Shown here: positions 60,201 to 64,000 of the stretch, in pieces
Position numbering within the stretch: the stretch's first letter is position 1
Layout: each line of letters starts with the position of its first letter
Assembly (NCBI GenBank): GCA_031411295.1
Contig: JANOAV010000038.1
Location: 32,001 to 96,000, forward strand
Source of the DNA: Verrucomicrobiales bacterium
Lineage (GTDB): Bacteria; Verrucomicrobiota; Verrucomicrobiia; Verrucomicrobiales; V1-33
DNA length: 64,000 nt
Reading direction: 5' to 3'
Notes under the pieces: model-generated
Databases searched by the model: none
What the model was told of the DNA's origin: nothing
Seen by the model: only the letters and a program-made list of their open reading frames with translations
Made by a program: the position numbers and the translations under genes

Positions 60201-60384
60201 ACTCCCGATTATGTGGAGCCACGGACCGGGCGCAGAGGTCATGCGCCCACTGGCCACGCCGATTCTCGGGGGGATGGTTAGCAGTCTGATCCATATCTTG
60301 GTGGTGACGCCAGTGCTATTTGTTTGGCTGCACGGTCGCAAGGAGGCTTTCTCCGCACCGGCTCAGAGTTATGTTGTTAGTTGA
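57202..60384 (+). CDS. cusA: CusA/SilA-like heavy-metal RND efflux permease
   Basis: MINHLIEWSLRNRF, PVDALPDLSENQVIV, LGPDATGLGWVYQY, EFMPPLNEGSLLYMP, TDPAPIEMIET and RLRPKVMT (Cu/Ag-type Met motifs). Confidence 0.9.
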   Translation: MINHLIEWSLRNRFLVVGLTLLLIGAGIRAMWSTPVDALPDLSENQVIVSADWMGRGPQEVEAQVTQPLSLHLQGLGGIKSVRATSMFGFALVNLIFEDSVSSESARQRVLERLNALRGKLPAGVAPTLGPDATGLGWVYQYYLAVDPAMSGRDGYDLGSLRALQDSFVRPQLSSVAGVAEVGSVGGFVKQYQIEVDSAKMRNAGVSLTQVMDAVSQSNLNVGGKTIEENGMEFIVRGVGLLHGPEEIENLTVAEQDDKITRLQDVARVELGGDFRRGTLDVMGHEVVGGTVVMRLGENASAVIQRVKTKVEQLQASLPEGVRITAFYDRSELIDRTIATLRSTLRGEILLVTLAHILFLFHFRSILIVILPLPVSILISFILMRQVGISSNLMSLSGIAIAIGVLVDAAIVITENVIRHCEQATVRKGSALTTAETWQTVLVSAQQVGRPIFFAMAIIILAFVPVFALTGVEGKLFHPLAFTKTFAMIGSTLLAVTIVPVLCTWLVRGPFHAEERNVVMRGMLRLYDPVLEFALSHRKFVLGCAGIVLLGALSLIPQMGREFMPPLNEGSLLYMPSYVPATALSEVKRAMAWQDQVLATFPEVQSAVGKLGRVDTATDPAPIEMIETTIMLKPESAWREGMTREKLVAEMTAAMRQIPGSVPGFLQPIEGRVLMISTGIRAQLGVKIFGNNLEELQRAAASVQQVVQLVPGAMGVASSRIQGKPYLEIRVNREAANRYGLSAQQVLDAVEVGIGGKEVTSVIDGRNRIPVQVRLQRSEREDLTRLQAVLVTSATGKVVPLGVVAEIVRVEGPNEISSEYGRLRAYVQANVSGRDLGGFVEEVKSKLATKVLPSLAAKGMTLEYSGTYENQIHAASTLRWIVPTVLGIIFLLLLMLYRKAAEAAHVLLAVPFALSGGVMLQYALGWNFSVAVWVGYIALFGTAIQTAVVMVVYLEEAVEHKRKQLGCAFTQADLKAAVIAGARLRLRPKVMTVATIVASLLPIMWSHGPGAEVMRPLATPILGGMVSSLIHILVVTPVLFVWLHGRKEAFSAPAQSYVVS

Positions 60385-60461
60385 TTTCGATCTGGATTCG
60401 CAGGGAAAGATAAATTGTCGATTTGGCTGGCCAGATGGGACAAAGCGGGGCTTATGGTGGC

Positions 60462-61064
60462 ATGCAGGAACTAATGGAGGCGATGGAACAACGTGGCTGG
60501 GCGCAGATGGCTGGGTGGGCGAGTGCTGTGGACTCGCTAGGACTGCGTCAGGAATGTGAGGCGGCCTGTGACCGTGGAGATTTTCGGCGGGCCGGAGTGG
60601 GGAAGGGCGTTGGATTGGAAGTGAGAGATGAGATTCGCCAGGACCACGTGCTGTGGCTGGAAGCTGGGGATGACTCGGAGCAGCAGGGGAAATTCCTCGC
60701 CAGCCTGGAACTGCTGCGTTTGGCCCTGAATCGACATTTCTTCCTCGGACTCTTTGGGTTCGATGGCCACTTCGCGATCTATCCAGTGGGTGCGTTTTAC
60801 AAAGCGCACTTGGATCGCCCCACCGGCACAAGCGACCGTTTGGTGACTGCGATCCTCTATTTAAATGAAGATTGGCAACCCGGGGACGGCGGGGAATTGA
60901 AACTATGGACGACCGCAGGGGACCGGGACGGGGCCTTCGTGTTGATCGAGCCTCGGCTTGGCACTTTGGTATGTTTCCTAGCCGAAAACCATTGGCATGA
61001 AGTCATGCCAACGAAGAAGGTTCGACGCAGCATTACGGGCTGGTTTTCGCAGGCTGCGCGTTAG
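60462..61064 (+). CDS. 2OG-Fe(II) oxygenase (prolyl-hydroxylase/EGLN-like)
   Basis: YKAHLD (HxD), ILYLNEDW...GGELKL, HEV and RRSITGWF motifs. Confidence 0.87.
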   Translation: MQELMEAMEQRGWAQMAGWASAVDSLGLRQECEAACDRGDFRRAGVGKGVGLEVRDEIRQDHVLWLEAGDDSEQQGKFLASLELLRLALNRHFFLGLFGFDGHFAIYPVGAFYKAHLDRPTGTSDRLVTAILYLNEDWQPGDGGELKLWTTAGDRDGAFVLIEPRLGTLVCFLAENHWHEVMPTKKVRRSITGWFSQAAR

Positions 61065-61067
61065 GGA

Positions 61068-62345
61068 TTACTTCAGCAGGTGGCCCATTTTAGACTTCTT
61101 GGTGCTGAGATAGTGCTGGTTGTGTTCGTTAGGCACCTGTTGAATGGGCACTTGCTCCACCACCTCTAGATTGTGACCGCCCAAGCCCACAATCTTTCGT
61201 GGGTTGTTCGTCATGAGGCGGATTTTGCGCACGCCGAGGTCATGCAGAATTTGCGCTCCCACGCCATAGTCGCGCAGGTCCATGGGAAAGCCGAGTTTGA
61301 TGTTAGCTTCCACGGTGTCGTAGCCTTCTTCCTGGAGCTTATAGGCGTGGATCTTGGCAGGCAGGCCGATGCCGCGTCCCTCTTGCCGCATGTAAAGGAT
61401 CACGCCGCTGCCCTCGGCTTCCACTTGCTGCATGGCGGTCTGGAGTTGGGGCCCGCAATCGCAACGCCGACTGCCGAAGACGTCGCCCGTGAGGCACTCG
61501 CTGTGCACCCTCACCAGGACGGGTTTGGAGGAGTCGATCTCCCCCTTCACCAGTGCCAGATGGTGTTGGTCGTCGATCAGGCTGCGATAGAGATAGAGTT
61601 GGAAATCTCCATAGTCCGTGGGCATGTGAATCATCTGCTCGCGCGCTACCAGCTTTTCCCGCAGGCGACGGTATTCGATGAGTTTGGCAATACTGGACAC
61701 TTTGATGCCATGCTCCCTGGCAAAGATCTGCAAACGTGGCAGACGCGCGGGGATGCCCTCGGGATCGAGAATTTCAATCAACACCCCGGCCGGACGCAGT
61801 CCGGCCAGACGCGCCAAGTCACAGGATGCTTCCGTGTGGCCGGCCCGTCGGAGCACCCCGCCAGTTTTGGCAATGAGCGGGTTCACGTGGCCCGGACGAA
61901 TGAAGTCACCGGGCAGACTGTCCGCTTGCGCGAGCGTGCGGATGGTGGTGGCGCGTTCCACCGTGCTTATGCCCGTCGTGAGGCCTGCTTTGGCGTCCAC
62001 GGTCACGGTGAAGTGGGTTTTGAAGTGTTCTTCATTTTTGACCACCATGCTATCGAGTCCCATGCGTTTGGCATCGGCGGGCTCAATGGAAACACAGAGC
62101 ATGCCGCCAGCGGCACGCACCATGAAGTTCACCATGTCGGGTGTGATCTTCTCCGCTGCGCAGATTAGATCACCCTCGTTTTCGCGATCCTCATCATCCG
62201 TGAGGATAACCATTTTGCCCGCACGAATGTCATCCAGAATCTCTTCGATGCTGCTGAATTCTTTGCCGGCTGCGGCCTGCTTGGAGGCGGCGGTGGTCTT
62301 AGATCGAGATTTTTTTGCGGGTGTAGAGGGAATGTTGCTTGGCAT
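61068..62345 (-). CDS. ribBA: Bifunctional DHBP synthase / GTP cyclohydrolase II
   Basis: DDEDRENEGD, RAGHTEA, VRVHSECLTGDVFGSRRCDCG, QEGRGIGL and LMTNNP motifs. Confidence 0.96.
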   Translation of the reverse strand: MPSNIPSTPAKKSRSKTTAASKQAAAGKEFSSIEEILDDIRAGKMVILTDDEDRENEGDLICAAEKITPDMVNFMVRAAGGMLCVSIEPADAKRMGLDSMVVKNEEHFKTHFTVTVDAKAGLTTGISTVERATTIRTLAQADSLPGDFIRPGHVNPLIAKTGGVLRRAGHTEASCDLARLAGLRPAGVLIEILDPEGIPARLPRLQIFAREHGIKVSSIAKLIEYRRLREKLVAREQMIHMPTDYGDFQLYLYRSLIDDQHHLALVKGEIDSSKPVLVRVHSECLTGDVFGSRRCDCGPQLQTAMQQVEAEGSGVILYMRQEGRGIGLPAKIHAYKLQEEGYDTVEANIKLGFPMDLRDYGVGAQILHDLGVRKIRLMTNNPRKIVGLGGHNLEVVEQVPIQQVPNEHNQHYLSTKKSKMGHLLK

Positions 62346-62976
62346 AATTTCGACTGACGCTGCCGTCTTTGGAAATGATCTTGGTTTCCCCGGAAGCGGT
62401 GCATTTGTCGCCTTTGCCGCGCAGTTCGAAGGTATCAGAGATGTCCACCGATTCCCCTTCCCGGCTCTTTTCCCAGAGCACGGCCTTGCCGTCATCCGTC
62501 AGTTGTCCTTTATATTCGCCCCAGCCATTGGAACCGAAGCTCCAAGCGCGATACTCTTCGTTCTCCGTATCGTAGGTGACATACCAGTGGTAGGTGGAGT
62601 TGACTTTGCCAGCGGTTTTGCCAGTCATTTCAAAATAGCGACCTTCGTTGGTGAAGAAGCCCTTCCATTCGTCCTTCCATTTCACGGATGCGGGGGCGCC
62701 TTCCTTGCGGAACTCTGGATTGTAGTCCACGGCTTCCTCGCCAATCCATTCGCCCTCCAGCGACTTGAAGACTGCCAACTTGGCCTGCAGCACCTCAGTT
62801 TCCTTTTGCTCGGCGGCTTTTTCTTCAGCAGATGGTTCGGATTCGGAACTCTCCTGAGTCTCGGCCTTGGGCGCGGGCTTGGCCTCTTTCTCTGCGTCTT
62901 GGGCGCGGAGAAGGCTTACTGAAGAGATGCTGCAGAGGATGAGTGCGGCTGCGGATGGTAAGAGATGGCGGTTCAT
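62299..62976 (-). CDS. Hypothetical secreted beta-barrel protein (DUF1579-like)
   Basis: Signal peptide ending LRA-QD; LEGEWIG; TYDTENEEYRAWSFGSNG. Confidence 0.6.
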   Translation of the reverse strand: MNRHLLPSAAALILCSISSVSLLRAQDAEKEAKPAPKAETQESSESEPSAEEKAAEQKETEVLQAKLAVFKSLEGEWIGEEAVDYNPEFRKEGAPASVKWKDEWKGFFTNEGRYFEMTGKTAGKVNSTYHWYVTYDTENEEYRAWSFGSNGWGEYKGQLTDDGKAVLWEKSREGESVDISDTFELRGKGDKCTASGETKIISKDGSVSRNYAKQHSLYTRKKISI

Positions 62977-63375
62977 GGTTAAATCTAAGCGTTGGTAAGT
63001 GGCTTGCAAGGAAGCGATGGAGAATTTTGCTTCTGTTTGAAAAACGAATGGTAGCGACAAGAAATTAGCTTTAATTCGGGTGTTGACTACGGAAACGCTA
63101 AATTTGGCGAAAGTTTAGATCGCAACTGGGGATAATGCTTCCGGCCGACTCCAGGTTTTCGATGGTCTCTTCACGAGCGGTTCCGTGCGCAACTGTGAGA
63201 CAAACGCGTAGTTGCTGCGCGAAGGCATAAGTGTGCTGGCTGAAGCGGTCAGGAAAGACCGGCCCCGACCGGATACGGTAGTTTGCTTTCGGTTGGCTAG
63301 TCGAACCCGCAGCGGAAACTCCTTGCCCGGGGGCCAATTTCAACCTAGGAAGCGGTTCATTCTCACTTTCTGTCA

Positions 63376-64000
63376 ATGTCTGCTTCCCACTCGTCCGCCT
63401 CATCCACCTCTCCGCCCAACAGCGGTCCCTCGAAACTTCAGGTTTTTGGGAAGCGCATGCTTAGCACGGTGATCCTGTGGGGCTTGCTGGCGGCGGCCGT
63501 GTATTTCAAAATGGGTTGGCCGTTCCACATCTTGGTTGGCGGCTTGGGATTGGCCGCCATGGCGGAGTATTTGCAGATGGATCCAGCCCTGCCCGCAGGG
63601 AATCGTCGTTGGGTGATGCTCATGGCTGTGCTGTATTATGCCGGGGTGTTCGCTACCTCCAGCGGAGTCTGTCCGGTGCCACTGGTGGCTTGGGATGTGT
63701 TGTTCGGAATGCTCGTTTTGATCGGCGTTTTTGTGCCCGCTTTCTTCCGCCCCCTGGAAGGGCCGAAGACGCTCTGGCAGATCATGTATCCGGCCTTCGG
63801 ATGGTTCTACATCATCTATCTTTTCAGCTTCGTTACCCGCATTATTTTCCACCATTGGGATGCAGCCTTGCCTCAGGTGGGGATGCTTTATGCCCTCTTT
63901 CTCGTGGCTTCCACGAAATTTACGGATGCCGGAGCGTATGCCATCGGCTCGCTCTGCGGGAAACATAAAATGATCCCCCATATCAGTCCTGGCAAGACTT
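63376..64000 (+). CDS. cdsA: Phosphatidate cytidylyltransferase (runs off window end)
   Basis: Not in the ORF track. Multi-TM frame with KRMLSTVILWG and the signature KFTDAGAYAIGSLCGKHKMIPHISPGKT. Confidence 0.9.
   Translation, partial: MSASHSSASSTSPPNSGPSKLQVFGKRMLSTVILWGLLAAAVYFKMGWPFHILVGGLGLAAMAEYLQMDPALPAGNRRWVMLMAVLYYAGVFATSSGVCPVPLVAWDVLFGMLVLIGVFVPAFFRPLEGPKTLWQIMYPAFGWFYIIYLFSFVTRIIFHHWDAALPQVGMLYALFLVASTKFTDAGAYAIGSLCGKHKMIPHISPGKT

Noticed and set aside
61173..62922. Long + strand ORFs of 331 and 414 aa
   Set aside because: Antisense to the well-supported ribBA and its upstream gene.
62346..63375. FMN riboswitch upstream of ribBA
   Set aside because: The ribBA start overlaps the upstream CDS, and I found no RFN consensus (AGGGCGGGGTG-AATTCCC-ACCG) nearby.

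Overview
Bacterial chromosomal window, most likely Verrucomicrobiota (inferred from GloVer/TIGR03803-type repeats, autotransporter-associated repeats without a barrel, and the coaE-rho arrangement). Core genes lie at both ends: rho (partial), coaE, infC and a TIGR01777 epimerase on the left; HAD phosphatase, acyP, fabG, ribBA and cdsA (partial) on the right. Between about 4.3 and 40.4 kb is a dense region of secreted proteins: a di-heme protein, a large InlB-B-like repeat protein, DUF4874/4832, a CotH-TPR-purple acid phosphatase operon, a beta-strand repeat protein, two Asp-rich DxDxDG repeat proteins, two helical-repeat proteins, a GloVer repeat protein and an OmpR-family two-component system. 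It ends at a decayed IS with terminal inverted repeats. Further right are a YtrA-type GntR/ABC operon and tandem YHYH proteins followed by a CusBA-like pump interrupted by a REP-flanked RAYT. Three signals stand out. (1) Nine unrelated secreted proteins share a C-terminal S-x-x-L-x(2-4)-W...F-x-[RKQ]-[LIV] module, a candidate sorting signal. (2) A 19-bp motif (GTAAC-N5-GG-N3-GAWT on +) sits at a fixed register upstream of five genes, a candidate regulon. (3) A mirrored cassette of Asp-rich and helical-repeat genes surrounds the two-component system. Many single-base frameshifts at short homopolymers suggest assembly indels. No rRNA, tRNA or CRISPR array was seen. All family calls come from motif recognition by eye, not database searches.
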